Assembly: GCA_964016885.1 (NCBI GenBank)
Contig: OZ024741.1
Span: 392,584,001-392,648,000, forward strand
Direction of reading: 5' to 3'
DNA length: 64,000 bases
Origin: Eledone cirrhosa
Taxonomy: Eukaryota
Each line of letters starts with the position of its first letter. Position 1 is the stretch's first letter. Both the position numbers and the translations under genes were made by a program. The notes under the pieces are model-generated. The model was not told the origin of the DNA, searched no databases, and worked only from the letters and a program-made list of their open reading frames with translations. Positions 12,836 to 27,018 of the stretch are shown in pieces.

Positions 12836-14356
12836 GTTATTTTATATTACAGGCTGAATAGTTGAGGTGTATAACCCAAGGAAACTTAAGTAACTGTATA
12901 TGTCACTGTTGTAACTAATTATACTTAACTCATCCTATGGACTGAGTGCTCTTACCCTTGGATATTTCTACCAAACCTATATATATATATTCACACTCTC
13001 ACACACACACATATGGGTGAATTATATTTTTATATTTAAGGGAACGTGTATGATATAATTTTATCTAAAATAGAATTTAGAATGATAGAAATGCTTTAGA
13101 TGGCACAGCTTTGAACTCAATGTTTTACTGTTCAGTTTGATGCTTCACTCTTCTGATTGCAAATTCGGTTTGGGTTGACTTCATCTTTCACACTTGAAGA
13201 GTTGATTATTCAAAAATCAATAATGAAGAATTTGGAAAGATTTAGTAATATAGCTAACTTTCACATTATTAAAGTAGTATTTGAAACATAATTTAATAAA
13301 GGTTTTTAATGATAACTAATCTCTTGAAAACTCAGGTCACAAGAATCACGGGACAGATTTTATGAGCAAAACCAACTGGCAGGGGATCCTGCATAGACCT
13401 TGAGCAGGATGGTTGGATAACATCCACGAGCTCGGTTAGTCTCACTTGGGGGTTCAGCTGGATCAGTTGGAAACAGTTGTTCCTGATTGGACCGTCTGAA
13501 AGGTGTGTTTCATAACTCTGCTCCCATGACCCTCTCAGGAATAAGTGGATGAAGAAGAAGACATATAACGATGGAACTGTTTTAGATAAATACGAATACT
13601 TTAAAATAAGAATAAACATTTAAGTATTTGCTAGGTAATTCTAGAAAAGTTAGAACAGAATCTGCATAGGTCTCACTAAAAGATAAGATATGTCAATTAT
13701 AGACAAATATTTGGAGATTAAGTTAAAATTAGTAACACTGTATGAAAATAACTTTCATATGGATATAACTGTGTGTAAATTTGTAAGGACAATATTTTTA
13801 TGATCCGTTAAGTTCATAATGTTATACTTCTTGGTGAAGAAGATTCCATTTATATTTTTATATTTGTTACATTTGTTTAGAAAATGTGTTTTATGATGTA
13901 GATATGACAAATGGCAAAGTATAAATATACATAATATAAAATAAATGTACTAAATACTTCATGAGTTTATGCTAATGTTGTGTGTATCTGGTTTAGAATT
14001 GCTACTTAATATCCTTGCATATCATAAATGGTGATTAAAATTGTTGGCATGATGAAAGGTATTCCTTGGAATATGAAGCCTGCCATGGGGCCTGCAAAGC
14101 TAACATCTGCTTTAACAGGGAAATTGCCTAAAAATGCTTGTTATTCATGAGTTTATATTGATAAAATTACATTAGATGATTTTGAAGGCAACTTCACACA
14201 AAAATGTAAACCTAAATAATATGCTAGTGTATTGTGAAGAAACTAATGCTATCACACTAATATATTTCAGACTGTGCATTGGCAATCTAAGTTTTAGTTT
14301 AACTCCTCTCTATATTACAAACTTAATTCATAAAGAAAAGAAGGACTAAAACATAC

Positions 14357-14478
14357 TTGTTGAATCTATGGAAGAGGGACTGACATTTCCTGATAACTCT
14401 AGCAGACCGAGATTCTTCTTCTTGGGCTCTGCTCAATGTAAAAGCATCATCCATGTGTCCTTCAAGTAACAGCACTGC
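14357..14478 (-). CDS. RyR: RyR exon: [40 protein letters not shown]
   Basis: 122 bp; ttttcag acceptor, gtatgt donor; phase 0 to 2. Confidence 0.96.
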
Positions 14479-15513
14479 CTGAAAAGATATACATTTTCTT
14501 CAAATGAATAAGATTATATCATAGTTTTTAATGATAATTTGCAAGTTTAAATTTGAATAGAAGAGTTAATAAGTTTCTGTTAAGGAAGTCATTTTAGGGT
14601 AGTGATATGCTGCAATATTTTGTAATCATTTCGAATGAAATATAAACAAGTAAAATAATAATAGTTTTATGTTTTGTAACTTTACAAAAATTCAAATATT
14701 CTTAAATGTTTATGATGTGAAGGCACTAATGATGGAGAAATATTCTAAGACTGTTTACATTTTTATTTCTTTTATTCTTTAACTCTTAATATCCTGTACC
14801 AAATAAGCAAGTCATTACTGAAAAGTACAGAACAGTACTCTGTCTGCATAAAATTAAATATTAAAGTATTTACTGAAAATTTTTACAACAATCTGTCCAC
14901 CAGTAAAGTTACTATAAACATTTGAATTAATAAACCAAGTTTTAAATATTTTCTGCTAAATAATTTCAGAATGTCAAGACTTAATAGTGCACTGCCTTCA
15001 ATGATTTAGTAAATATTAACCAAAGTACTTCATATTCATTTTATAGATTTTGAAGGAGGAAAGAAAGTAAAGTTGACAGGATGTAGAAGAATGTAACTGA
15101 TACATATTGAAATACCACAAGGTATTTTCATTTCATCCACTATTCCAATACACCATTCTATACTGATATATACACAACACACACGTGCATGCAGGCACAT
15201 ACAAATGTATCTGGCATACTTCAACACAGTTTCAGTTTATTAGGAAGTAATGTTGATTACCCCATTCTTATGGCAAAACAATTTCATTTGAGAATCAGAT
15301 TCAGAGTATGAAATATTTTTAGGAAGAATACTGAAACCAGTATTTATTGGATTTAAAAAAAAATGGTTTATTATATTTATCTGGAGGAAGAAGTTATGTT
15401 CATAGCCGTTATAGGCCCTCTGAAGTTATGGCAGGAGAAACAACTAAACTTCAATGTTTTATTGTATTTAGTTTAGTGGCTTATGTTTCTGAGTTTAGAT
15501 TGTATTCGGTTGA

Positions 15514-16395
15514 ATGGTATCAATGCAATAATTCCAGTCATACACCAGATGGGCTCCATGGTATCAATGCAATAATTCCAGTCATACACCAGATGGGCTC
15601 CATGGTATCAATACAATAATTCCAGTCATACACCAGATGGGCTCCATGGTATCAATACAATAATTCCAGTCATACACCAGATGGGCTCCATGGTATCAAT
15701 ACAATAATTCCAGTCATACACCAGATGGGCTCCATGGTATCAATACAATAATTCCAGTCATACACCAGATGGGCTCCATGGTATCAATGCAATAATTCCA
15801 GTCATACACCAGATGGGCTCCATGGTATCAATACAATAATTCCAGTCATACACCAGATGGGCTCCATGGTATCAATGCAATAATTCCAGTCATACACCAG
15901 ATGGGCTCCATGGTATCAATACAATAATTCCAGTCATACACCAGATGGGCTCCATGGTATCAATGCAATAATTCCAGTCATACACCAGATGGGCTCCATG
16001 GTATCAATGCAATAATTCCAGTCATACACCAGATGGGCTCCATGGTATCAATACAATAATTCCAGTCATACACCAGATGGGCTCCATGGTATCAATGCAA
16101 TAATTCCAGTCATACACCAGATGGGCTCCATGGTATCAATACAATAATTCCAGTCATACACCAGATGGGCTCCATGGTATCAATGCAATAATTCCAGTCA
16201 TACACCAGATGGGCTCCATGGTATCAATACAATAATTCCAGTCATACACCAGATGGGCTCCATGGTATCAATGCAATAATTCCAGTCATACACCAGATGG
16301 GCTCCATGGTATCAATACAATAATTCCAGTCATACACCAGATGGGCTCCATGGTATCAATGCAATAATTCCAGTCATACACCAGATGGGCTCCAT
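15514..16395. repeat. Minisatellite, 20 x 44 bp
   Basis: Unit atggtatcaatRcaataattccagtcatacaccagatgggctcc; only one variable position. Confidence 0.97.
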
Positions 16396-16430
16396 TAACT
16401 AAGGAAAAACAGGTGAAATATTTACATTAC

Positions 16431-16598
16431 CTTTTTCTCTTCTACTCTCCCCACTCCTCGTTTCTTGGTTTCATAGGTCATATATGACAACCATAGTCCT
16501 GATGCGCAGTGCTGGATAAAAGTCATGGAATCTCCATATTTGATATCTGCTTTTCCCATGCCTTCATCTTCTCTTCCTTCACTCTGTTTTTTCTCATC
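16431..16598 (-). CDS. RyR: RyR exon: DEKKQSEGREDEGMGKADIKYGDSMTFIQHCASGLWLSYMTYETKKRGVGRVEEKK
   Basis: 168 bp; gtatag acceptor, gtaatg donor; phase 0 to 0. Confidence 0.96.
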
Positions 16599-17485
16599 CT
16601 ATACATGTTGCAGAAATAGAAAAATTGAAATGATTAGAGTGATATTTTAAAGAAAATTTTATTTAAAAGTTTAGTATTGTGAACTGTTCAAGAGGCTGTC
16701 ATTTTTTAAAGATGAAACATTATAGTATTTTAATTTTCAAACTTGACACATGCAATAAAAAGATTGTTTTTAAGTTTTTAAATGCTAGAGGGCAATCATT
16801 GTAGAATGATAAAAAGAAGACATTCATAATTAGCTTTCAATACATTCCTAAACGATTGATGGTGATGATATTATCATGACAATGATTGTAGTAGTGGTGA
16901 TATGCTGCTGCTAATGGCAGGGATGATGTTGATAACAGCAGAGGTGGTTGCACCAGCAATAATATTGGAGTAGCAGGGTTGATGGTAGATGTAATGGTAG
17001 AAATAAGGATAGTAGCAACAGTGGTAACAGGCGTGAGGAATATTGATATATTTCCTCTGTATAGCTTTTGACAGGGTGTCCCACTCCATAACCTGGTGGA
17101 CTCTAGGGAAACTAGGGCGAGACAAATGGCAGTACAAGCCATGAATTGATGTGCAGTCAGCAAAGCAAAAGCTAGCAATTTGTTTAGTGAGGAATTTAGC
17201 CTGATGAGAGTCCACTGGAGCTCTAGTCTTCTCTGTAAAACATTTGGTATTAGTAAGGGTATCCAGCTGTAGCAACCAAGCCTAAACAGAATGGACAAGC
17301 AGGATTTGGTCACCTGTCTTGTCTGGCCTCAGAACATGACAATCCTTCTAAACATGTAAGCATGAAAAATAAATGTTAAATGATAATTATGATGATGATT
17401 AGAGTACAGTTGGATCTTCTAATTTTATATACTTGATTTGTATATATAAAATCCACTCTCTAATGATTATTAAAAGTCTGTCATG

Positions 17486-17754
17486 AACCTGGAGGCTCAT
17501 CAGGTCGGTGCTTATCCTCGTTTTTGTAGCATTAAGTGACTGAGAGTGCACGACTTCCCCCTGGACAGGACACTAGTCCATTGCAGGGTTAAACCTCCAG
17601 CTAATGCTGATACTCATTTTCAGCTGAGTATACTGGAGTAACATGAAATGAAATGCTTTGCTCAAGAACACAATACACAACCCAATCCAGGAATGGAACA
17701 CACAACATTATGATCATTAGTTCAACACACTTACCACTAGGCCACATGCATCCA
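17486..17754 (-). mobile_element. tRNA-derived SINE (head and core related to family B, different tail)
   Basis: Minus strand tggcctagtggtaag A box; tgttcttgagcaaagcatttc core. Confidence 0.7.
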
Positions 17755-18422
17755 CTTAATGATGATTAAGGTCTATATTATCTTTTATTTTATTTCGGAA
17801 TTTCCTGATTGCATTCATACAATACTTATCTATACTCAACATTAAAGTGGGAGAGTCAAGAATTCTTTCTTTATTTATTTCATATTATTTATTTTCTATC
17901 ACAGTTTGTAAACAATAATGTCATTGGTTATAAGTTTTTAATAGACCTATCTCTGGTTCAATTCATTTATCATGACAAGAGTGACAAGGGAATGTCTGTA
18001 ATTTGATGCAGGACAAATATTGCAAGCACTGGGACTTCAGTTTTTTTACCTGATGTTTATATCCTTTGCTGATGTACATCAGTGAAAGACACACACTTAT
18101 ACACATACACAGTCACACACTTACTCACACACTCAGACACATACATACACAAGCACAGATGATGAGCTTCACAGTTTCCAGTCACAAGTTATTGATGAAT
18201 CTGAAGCAATGCTAGAATTGATACTTGCTATTCGACTGGAACCATTCAACTGGAAAGTGAAGTTTTAGACCATACACTCAATGTCTTCTTTTAGTTCATA
18301 TTTAATAAAATTGTAAAAATATTGATATTTGTTTCCTGTATGGATCTTTTAGTTATGTATTGTTTTATGTCCTAAACAATTTGAATATTTGCTGTCTAAT
18401 TAAACATCAACAAAAGACTTAC

Positions 18423-18579
18423 TTTAGTCATCAAAAGAAGAAATGTGGTTAGCTCTTCTGTAGCTCGATTTCTGTGAACTGTTACCACTTGGTTATCACT
18501 ATGTATAGACAAATATCTTCCAGAGGTAATGTGTCGAATGCGGCATTGGGAACCCCAGCCCAAGAATCCTCCAGCCCAC
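18423..18579 (-). CDS. RyR: RyR exon: (K)WAGGFLGWGSQCRIRHITSGRYLSIHSDNQVVTVHRNRATEELTTFLLLMTK
   Basis: 157 bp; actag acceptor, gtaagt donor; phase 2 to 0. Confidence 0.96.
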
Positions 18580-19099
18580 CTAGTAAAAAGTTAATAATTC
18601 ATTAAATCAGCTTCATTATTAACTTAAAGTAAAGAACAGATTCTTAAAATAATGAACAGAATAAAATAACTGAATGGATGTTTCTTTACTAACATCATTC
18701 ATATATAAAAAAAAGTAAGTCAGTCTAAAGCTATATTAATATGTTTAGTGTATTGTTTATTTATATATATTTTTTTACAGCAAATACATTTAAGAATATA
18801 TTTTTGAATATTTTTTATTATAATTTATTTTAGTTCAACACAAGCTTAATATAAAATTTGATTGTGCTAATTCATGTTTTCAATATCTGGTCCTTGCATA
18901 TATAGTGTTGGTCTTTGAAATTGTGACTGGCTGACAATATCTGCATGTGGCCTCTGTTGGCAATGTTGTGGATGCACTACTTGGAGCTTGCTTAACTCAA
19001 CTTGGCTGTAAACCTCAGCACAAGTAGTAAAAGTCAATTAGAAATAACTTATTATATAGCAAAAAGTAAGTTAAAGCTAATGAATAAAAGCAAACTTAC

Positions 19100-19174
19100 T
19101 TTGTTCTGATGTGTTCTAACTGCCATAAAGATCTTGCATGGCTACAAACTGCACCAGTTTCATACATCACTGCA
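19100..19174 (-). CDS. RyR: RyR exon: (N)AVMYETGAVCSHARSLWQLEHIRT
   Basis: 75 bp; cttcag acceptor, gtaagt donor; phase 2 to 2. Confidence 0.95.
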
Positions 19175-19475
19175 CTGAAGTTATAACACATTTTAGTTGA
19201 AATGATTCAAATATTATGGTAAGAAAAATAAAACAAAAGGAGTAAAAGTCTGAATCAGATGAAATTATATTTCATCAATGTGATTAAAAGGATTAAATTG
19301 TAGTAACCAATATGTGGTAGATTGCTTAATACCAATTTGACATTAATTGTGTTGTATAAAAAAATAAATGTTATATCAGGTATAAAATAAAGTACCATTA
19401 ATAGATTATGATGTTTTCAAATCATCTAGAAAGGTGTAAAAAACAGAGTTGAGTTCAGAAATAAGTCAAACTTAC

Positions 19476-19569
19476 TTATCCTCATTTTCACTTCCTGATC
19501 GTGGTATTGTTAGGCATTCATCCATATGACCGTGAAAAAGTCTCACAACATCTCCTCCAAATACAAATC
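19476..19569 (-). CDS. RyR: RyR exon: (G)FVFGGDVVRLFHGHMDECLTIPRSGSENED
   Basis: 94 bp; ttag acceptor, gtaagt donor; phase 1 to 2. Confidence 0.96.
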
Positions 19570-20434
19570 CTAAGTAATAAAATATACATACAGAAAAAAA
19601 TTTCACAGGAGGATTAAGATTCTAACAAATTATATTTGATATATTTGGCAACTTAACATGAAAATAATAATCCCCCCCCTCTCTCTTTATATACTTAGTT
19701 CACTACTGTAATGGCGAATTTATGCCAGAGCAGTAGGTTCATAGCTGACCTGTTCCAGAGAGGCCAATTCCTTGCTGATAAAGCATTAGTCCGGGGCCAG
19801 AAAATCAAATTTTCTACCAAATTGAAATGGGTTTTCTCACTATTTAACGTATTAGTGTACACTCTGTTTTCCTTTGGTTGGTATTCTAATGATTCTGACT
19901 TAATTAAATCATTGAGCAGTTTTAACTAGCACCAGCATGTGTTCCCTGTAAATTGGTCAGTCCTGGCTTACCTACTCTTTGATGTGATATCACATGTCAC
20001 TGAAAGTTAAGGATTACTACTACACCACTTATGTTCATCAACCTGATGTACTAGCTAGCCATACAGAACTTTTCAGTCCAGCGAGGTGAACCCCCAGTGA
20101 AGATGCGGTTCTTGCCAAATTATGTAATGCATCCTAACATTACCTAATTTCTGCACATGGTAGTACCATTCAGACCACCACCGGCAGAAATATTGTAAAC
20201 ATCTTTAAGGAAAATAAACTTCTTGGTGAAGTTTGTGAAGATTTTAGTATGGTGAAGGCAAGAAATGTTTGATAACTACATACATTTTATAAAAACATAT
20301 TTATTGCCTATTTGATTAACACAAAATGTTGCTTAAGCCTTACATATTGTTTCTAATTTCTAATTGTCTAATTCTCTGAATGTAAAATTATTTAAATAAA
20401 TATATGAAATGTAGAAAGACGAAATGAAACTTAC

Positions 20435-20531
20435 CAAGAGATTTTAATCTGATAGCTCCAGAACACATAGGAACCACTGTCCATAATGTTTGTTGGAAAG
20501 ATGCAATCACACTCACCCCATAACCAATATG
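20435..20531 (-). CDS. RyR: RyR exon: HIGYGVSVIASFQQTLWTVVPMCSGAIRLKSL(G)
   Basis: 97 bp; ttcttag acceptor, gtaagt donor; phase 0 to 1. Confidence 0.95.
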
Positions 20532-20769
20532 CTAAGAACAAAAACAAGATATATTAGACAATACATTTAAAAGTAAAAGCTATTTGAAAATGTTTTCAAT
20601 ATATATTTCTCAGATTTTAACATATTCATTTGTAATGGGGTGTTTACAATGACAGTAATAACATAAGATATTTCTATATCTAAATTTCAATTTCAATAAT
20701 ATCTTAATGCTATGACAACAGACATTATATATCATTTCATGTACAAATTTAAACATTTACTTAGTGATT

Positions 20770-21250
20770 CTGTTCAGAGACGTGCAACCAAGCGAATACC
20801 TTCCATCAGACATCTACCATATTCTGAGCGCCTTGCTTTCCTGGGCATGGATTCATTGAAGCTCCGACGCCTGGCAACTGACTTGGTAAACACCCACAAA
20901 ATTGTTAACCATGTTGCCAACAACAACCCTGAGTGCCTTTTCGATTTCCATGTGTCTACCACACGTGGACATGCCCACAAAGTCAGAAAACAGCACAGTT
21001 CCCATGACTTTCGGAAACATTTTTTCACGCTCAGAGTTGCTGAAGTATGGAACAAACTACCTACATCAGTTGTTAGCTGTCGAGACACTGCATCCTTTAA
21101 GGCCTCCATGGTTCCAGAGATCCGCCAACACTACAGCTAACACATACACACATGTACTTCCCTGACATTTGTGTATTATTCTATGTACTATACATACACC
21201 TTTGACGAGTTGTAGTGCACCTGAGCACTTTACACAATAATTTCATTATT
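20770..21250 (+). mobile_element. CR1/L2-group LINE 3' fragment
   Basis: VQRRATKRIP..LPYSERL..L..RR..DL, TRGH, FFTLRV..WNKLP. Confidence 0.85.
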
Positions 21251-22185
21251 ATGTGTATATATCATTATTATTATTCCTTCAAGAAATAAGGTGAAGTCTA
21301 TGCTTTGCTGATAAGGTTATAATAAGACAAATACATGTTTAAAGTTATCTCCTGTGCTTGCTGAAATATTTCTTCTCCTCCAGCTGAATTATGCTACATT
21401 AAATGTGTTTAACATTAAATTATTGTTTTCCATGAAGTCATTGAGTTATTTATTCCCAAGACAATTTTATTTTTCTATGCTAACCACTACACAATCTTGA
21501 ACATTTATATCAGGATTTTATCATCAATACTTTTGCAAGAAAGGCTAAAACATATAAGGCTAAAACATATGTAGTATTGTCACCTCTATTACATGTGATC
21601 ATTAAAGAATTACAACCGTCCAAAAAATCATTCTTATTTCTTCAACATACTTTACTGTACCAAAGATTTTTTTCATTTTCTACTATACATAAAGCTTTGT
21701 CTCATTAACTTTACTTGGAAATTACATTAAGGATACACATGTCTGTGAGGTAGTTAATTACTAATATGTTAAATCATGAGCTGGCCATTCAGTTGATAGA
21801 ACAACTGAATTGTAGGTATATAAACACACACCCATACACACACACAGACACACATATATAAACAGGTATATACACACCCACATACATCTGTATATATATT
21901 TATGTGTGTGTATATTTCTAACAAGAATAAGGATATCATGTCTGAAAAATTTTCAGAGAAGTGCCATATCACCTGTAAGGAAAGCTCTAAGAAATATTCT
22001 AAGGAATAATTGCGAGAATTTATTATAAAATGAAAAAAACGATTGAGATATACAATTAACAGGAGATAATTTGTAAAAGATGTAAGAACATATGATTCCA
22101 AAAGGCAGCATATCTAAATTGTAAATACCTGACATTCAGTAATTATATATATATATATAGAATATTTATATATATATATATAGAA

Positions 22186-22243
<58 letters not shown>

Positions 22244-22753
22244 TAACAAATTACCATTACGGGATCTCCTGAAATTCAGAAGATACCGTTAAGAGTGAAA
22301 GCAGCGATTCTTTGCTTAAACTTTAATCTGTTATTTTAATAAATATTTACTCTAGGGTTCTTATATATTTGATATATATTTATCCTTATCGAGCCCTCTT
22401 TGGATTTTAGTCTTCACATTTATTATTATTACTATATATATATATATTTCTGTAACGACCTTTGGTAATGGAATAATTATATACATAAATATATATATAT
22501 ATATATATGACTATAACTGTTTCATTTGTAAGAAATCATCAGGAATGAAACAGTTCTAGTCCTGTAGAAGCCATTTCTATATTAAATTTTGTATATATTC
22601 TACTAATGTATTGAGTACGTCACTTACTGTGGTTACCCCTGATTAAAACCGGGACTCACACACACACATGTATATATATGTGTGTGTGTATATATAAACA
22701 CACAAACACATATTCACATATATACAGAGATATACATATAATGAATAAATTCA

Positions 22754-22900
<147 letters not shown>

Positions 22901-23478
22901 TCATTATTATCAGCAACCATACAAATTACTAATAGCTTCATCTGATGAATTAGGTTTATTTTACAAAGAGTTTAATTACATTTCTGCCTAAAAACTTTTG
23001 TTATCAGATATTAGAATCATTAAGTAATATATTTTGATTTAAATAATTGCAACTATTATTGGCTCAATTGCACTGTTTTGGAGACATGTCATTGTTGTTT
23101 AGCTGTAGGACAGTGGTGATAGAATTGATAGACATCATCAAAGATATTGGTGACTTTAGGAATAATTACATATTAATTAGAAACCATAGATCTTGAATTA
23201 TTTTGTGACATGAAATGATTACACTGGTCAACAAAATTTTACTTTTTTTTCTGCTGACCTTTAGTTTGAAACCTGTTCATCAGTAATTTGAGGCTCCTAA
23301 GTTTAAAAATGACAATACCTTTTTCTATCATGTGGTGGGAGTGTTAAAAGCGATGGGAGCTCTACAGTATGATCCTGATGAATGGAGATTACTTTTTGGT
23401 GACTTAGGTTTTGCTGTTGTTTTTAGCTAATTTTAAGGTGTTGATTCCAAATATGGCATCCATTTATCTCCAGCTATG

Positions 23479-23517
<39 letters not shown>

Positions 23518-23518
<1 letters not shown>

Positions 23519-23687
23519 TTGAAATAAAATGAAAACGAAATTTCATTTCTCACTCTTATAATAAGCGTCCGCTAAACTGATACGTGCATATATGTATGTG
23601 TACCTGTATGTATATATATATATATATATATGCATGCTACTGTACGTCTGTATACATATATGTATGTACGTATACACACATACTTAC

Positions 23688-23692
<5 letters not shown>
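23518..23692 (+). mobile_element. Dispersed fragment of the 466-bp HHR repeat family with an inverted 5' piece
   Basis: About 23518-23560 is the reverse complement of array sequence taagagtgagaaatgaaatttcgttttc; about 23569-23692 matches directly; both flanks are (TA)n. Confidence 0.8.
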
Positions 23693-23750
<58 letters not shown>

Positions 23751-23773
23751 CATAGATAGCTGGAAATAAATGG

Positions 23774-23824
<51 letters not shown>

Positions 23825-24576
23825 CAAGCACAAATGATATATATATTTGTTTGTTTTTAGATGATTATATGAAAATCAATGCTGTAACTTTCTACTAATA
23901 TCTCTTAATTTACGAGATTTATAATATGAATGTTATAAATGATAAAGGCCATTTCTTAGGAAACTAAATAACTTAGAACTAAATACCTAATACGTTTATG
24001 CATTCCAACTGATAATTACTTTATTTGTATTAGTACAAAGGATACAGATAATTATAGGTTAACTTTAATTAAGTATACTTAAATTCTAATATATGACAAA
24101 CATTACCTGCAGAAATTCTATAGTTATTTTGAAAACTATCATATTTGTTACGTTATAGAGAATCATGAAATACCAAATTTATTTTTAAATTGTAGTTTTC
24201 CTAAAATGTCTGATTCTGAAGATGGGTTTAAGTTCACATGGGTAATACTGAAGATGTAGGCTTAGAAGAGAACATCATCAAAAACTATATATTTTTATAC
24301 ACTTAATCACTTCTACAGTGAGAGCTGTTATCTGTTATTTTTATCTTTACATCAAAAAGTGGACAATTATGGAATGAAGCCAAAGACATAATATATCTAT
24401 AATATTATTCTGCTCCAGTACAACTACATTGGTAATGCTTTAACAAATCTTAATACACTGTACTACCTCCCTATTTTCAGATTAAAGAAAAGTGCATATG
24501 GATGAACAGATAGTTTAGTAGCTGTTCTACTGAGCTGTAGATTAAAAGATATCCGTGATATATATGTATGTATATA

Positions 24577-26180
24577 TATGAGGAAAAGAATTTTAAAATG
24601 CAGCTGGAATCTTTTAAGAATATCTGGTTACTTTACCATTTCACAGTTCTTATGATTATCAAAAGTAAAATTAAGATGGAGAGTTTGTGTTTCTACTGTG
24701 GTGTCTCACATCTAACTGGAGTTCGAAAATTCTTTCTGTTTTATACAAGAAAAGTGGCTCAGATTGCTATTTGTTTAAAATACAATTTTGTTGGTTGATG
24801 GCAGTCATATGATTTTTGCACCAGAAAATGTGGCTCAAAATTGCTATTTGCAATTTTATTGGTTGAAGAAGAGAAGAAAAATTGTAGTGTTCTGGTTCAG
24901 TGAGTATGGCCAATGTTAGATTTTAAGGTGTTAATTTTCGGAATTTCTATTGTAGTAGACTCGCAAACAATTGAATTTACAAGGAATTGGTTTATATGTC
25001 TCTATCCTATGGTGATGAAGATAGTGATGGCGATGGTGATGGTGATGGCAGGGTATTAAGGATTTGTGCATGTATGTGTGTGTGTCTGTGGTGGATACTG
25101 AATTGTATTTTGTGTATGTGTGGGAATAATAGTTGGAAAACAAAAATATTGCATTTATGTGCATATGTGTGTGTGTAGCAATAGTGGTTTATTACCTTAA
25201 TAGCATCACTAATAAAATTGATTCCTTTAGAAAAATGGTGAAGGATGTTATGTGTGTGTGTGTGTGTGGATGACTTACATATTAAGATATTAAAATATTA
25301 AAAAATTTAAGTATATTAAAGTATATTTAACTTTGGCCTATATTTTCCAAATTGCTATTTGTTTAAAATGCAATTTTGTTGGTTAGACAATGTAATTCTT
25401 GCACCAAAAATGGATGGTCAGAAAATAAAACAAGAAAAAGAAAGTTGGAGTAAAATTGATTCCATTGGTAAAATGGAGAAGGCAAAATATGTGTGGGGTG
25501 GATGGGGAGGGGTTTAGCATGTTAAGCTATTAAAATATTAAAGTATATTAAAGTATATTTAACTATGGTCTTGTCTGGACAAAGATAAAGTGGGAAGACT
25601 TGGAATTTGGGAGACTTATGTTTTTGCACATAAGTCTAAATGTCCACTGAGTGGTATCTGTCTTGTAGTAGTTTCTAGTAATTGTTGGCAATGAATTGTC
25701 ATTTTGTTTCTGAGGGTGAGTTTACTTTGCCCTATCTAATCTTCCCACTTTATCTTTGCCCAGACAAGACCACAGCTAAATATACTTTAATATACTTTGA
25801 TATTTTAAAATGCTAGCCATCTGCCTCCTCCACACACATTTTGCCTTCTCCGTTTTACCAACAGGATCAATTTTACTCCAACTTTCCTTTTCTTCTTGTA
25901 TTTTCTGACCATCCATTTTTGGCACAAAAATTACTGTTCCTAATCATGTGATTGCCATCAACCAATCAAATTACAATATAAACAAATAGCAATCCGAGAC
26001 ACTTTTTTTTGTATAAAAAAAGAAAGAATTTTCAAACTCCAGTTAGATGTGAGACACACCATAGTAGAAACACAAACCCTCCATCTCAATTTTATTTTTG
26101 ATAATCATAAGAACTATGAAACTGGTAAAGTAAATATTCTTAAAAGATTCCAGTTGCATTTTCAAATTCTTTTCCTTATA
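24577..26180. repeat. Large diverged inverted repeat with internal partial tandem duplication
   Basis: 24577-24830 pairs with 25920-26180; 25350-25598 pairs with 25740-25990. Confidence 0.85.
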
Positions 26181-26269
26181 TTTTTGCCCATGTAGGACAT
26201 TTAAAAATAACCTTACTTTATTATATATATGTATTTTCTGCTTCTTTCATTCCTTTTGTTCCTTATGGA

Positions 26270-26680
26270 TGAGAGAGCACTATTCCACATAGTTGCAAGC
26301 TTTGTCATAGGCCTTCTAACAGGCTAGGCCAGACATATTTCTATCAACTTCTTTCTCCACAGACTTCAACCAGGTTTAAATGGATATGTCTTATTTCCTT
26401 CACCCTTCTTCTAACTTCCATTTGCAAAAGGCCCTCCCTGGTCTCTTCATGGACATGCTTAGCACATGGCTAAGTATCTCCCACTGTTGTACAGTGAAGA
26501 TATTCTGCAGATTACTCAGCTTGGCTCTTTCCATGACCACCTCATTTGTGATGTGATCACACCAAGAAATCGTAATTATAGCTCTAAAGAAAGTCTATTA
26601 AAGATATCTAAAGTTGTGTAGATTCTATAGGTCTTTTTCCATGTCTTGCAAGTATATATCCTTGTTGGCACAGCATATCC
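26270..26680 (-). mobile_element. Old RTE-type LINE 3' fragment
   Basis: Minus strand resembles the RTE C-terminus (WCDHITNEVV..., GRP); heavily decayed. Confidence 0.5.
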
Positions 26681-27018
26681 ACAAAACTATATAGACATCA
26701 ACATGTAATAATATCAGAAATGAGATTGATGATATTTGCATCAGTACTAAATGTCAGTCATCCTTGCAATACATAACACAATTCAAAATATCTATCTATC
26801 AACCAATTGCATAACAAATAATGTAAATAATATAAATCTTGTTTCCTGAATAGATTATGCCTTTGATTTCCTTAAGAAAAAATTGTTTAAATCCTTACAT
26901 GTGTAGACATAGCAGAATATTGTTATAGATCTTATTATTGATCTAGAGTATAACATTCAATAATTTTTATTCTATTTTTCTAAAACAATAATTTTATCTT
27001 TAATAATTGATAATGTTG

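Noticed and set aside
15514-16395. CRISPR-like array
   Set aside because: Units are contiguous with no unique spacers, there are no cas genes, and the context is a eukaryotic intron.
19711-20200. Slightly GC-richer intronic block with a 72-aa ORF
   Set aside because: No recognisable domain, and the flanking RyR exons already join in phase. Probably an unidentified old repeat.
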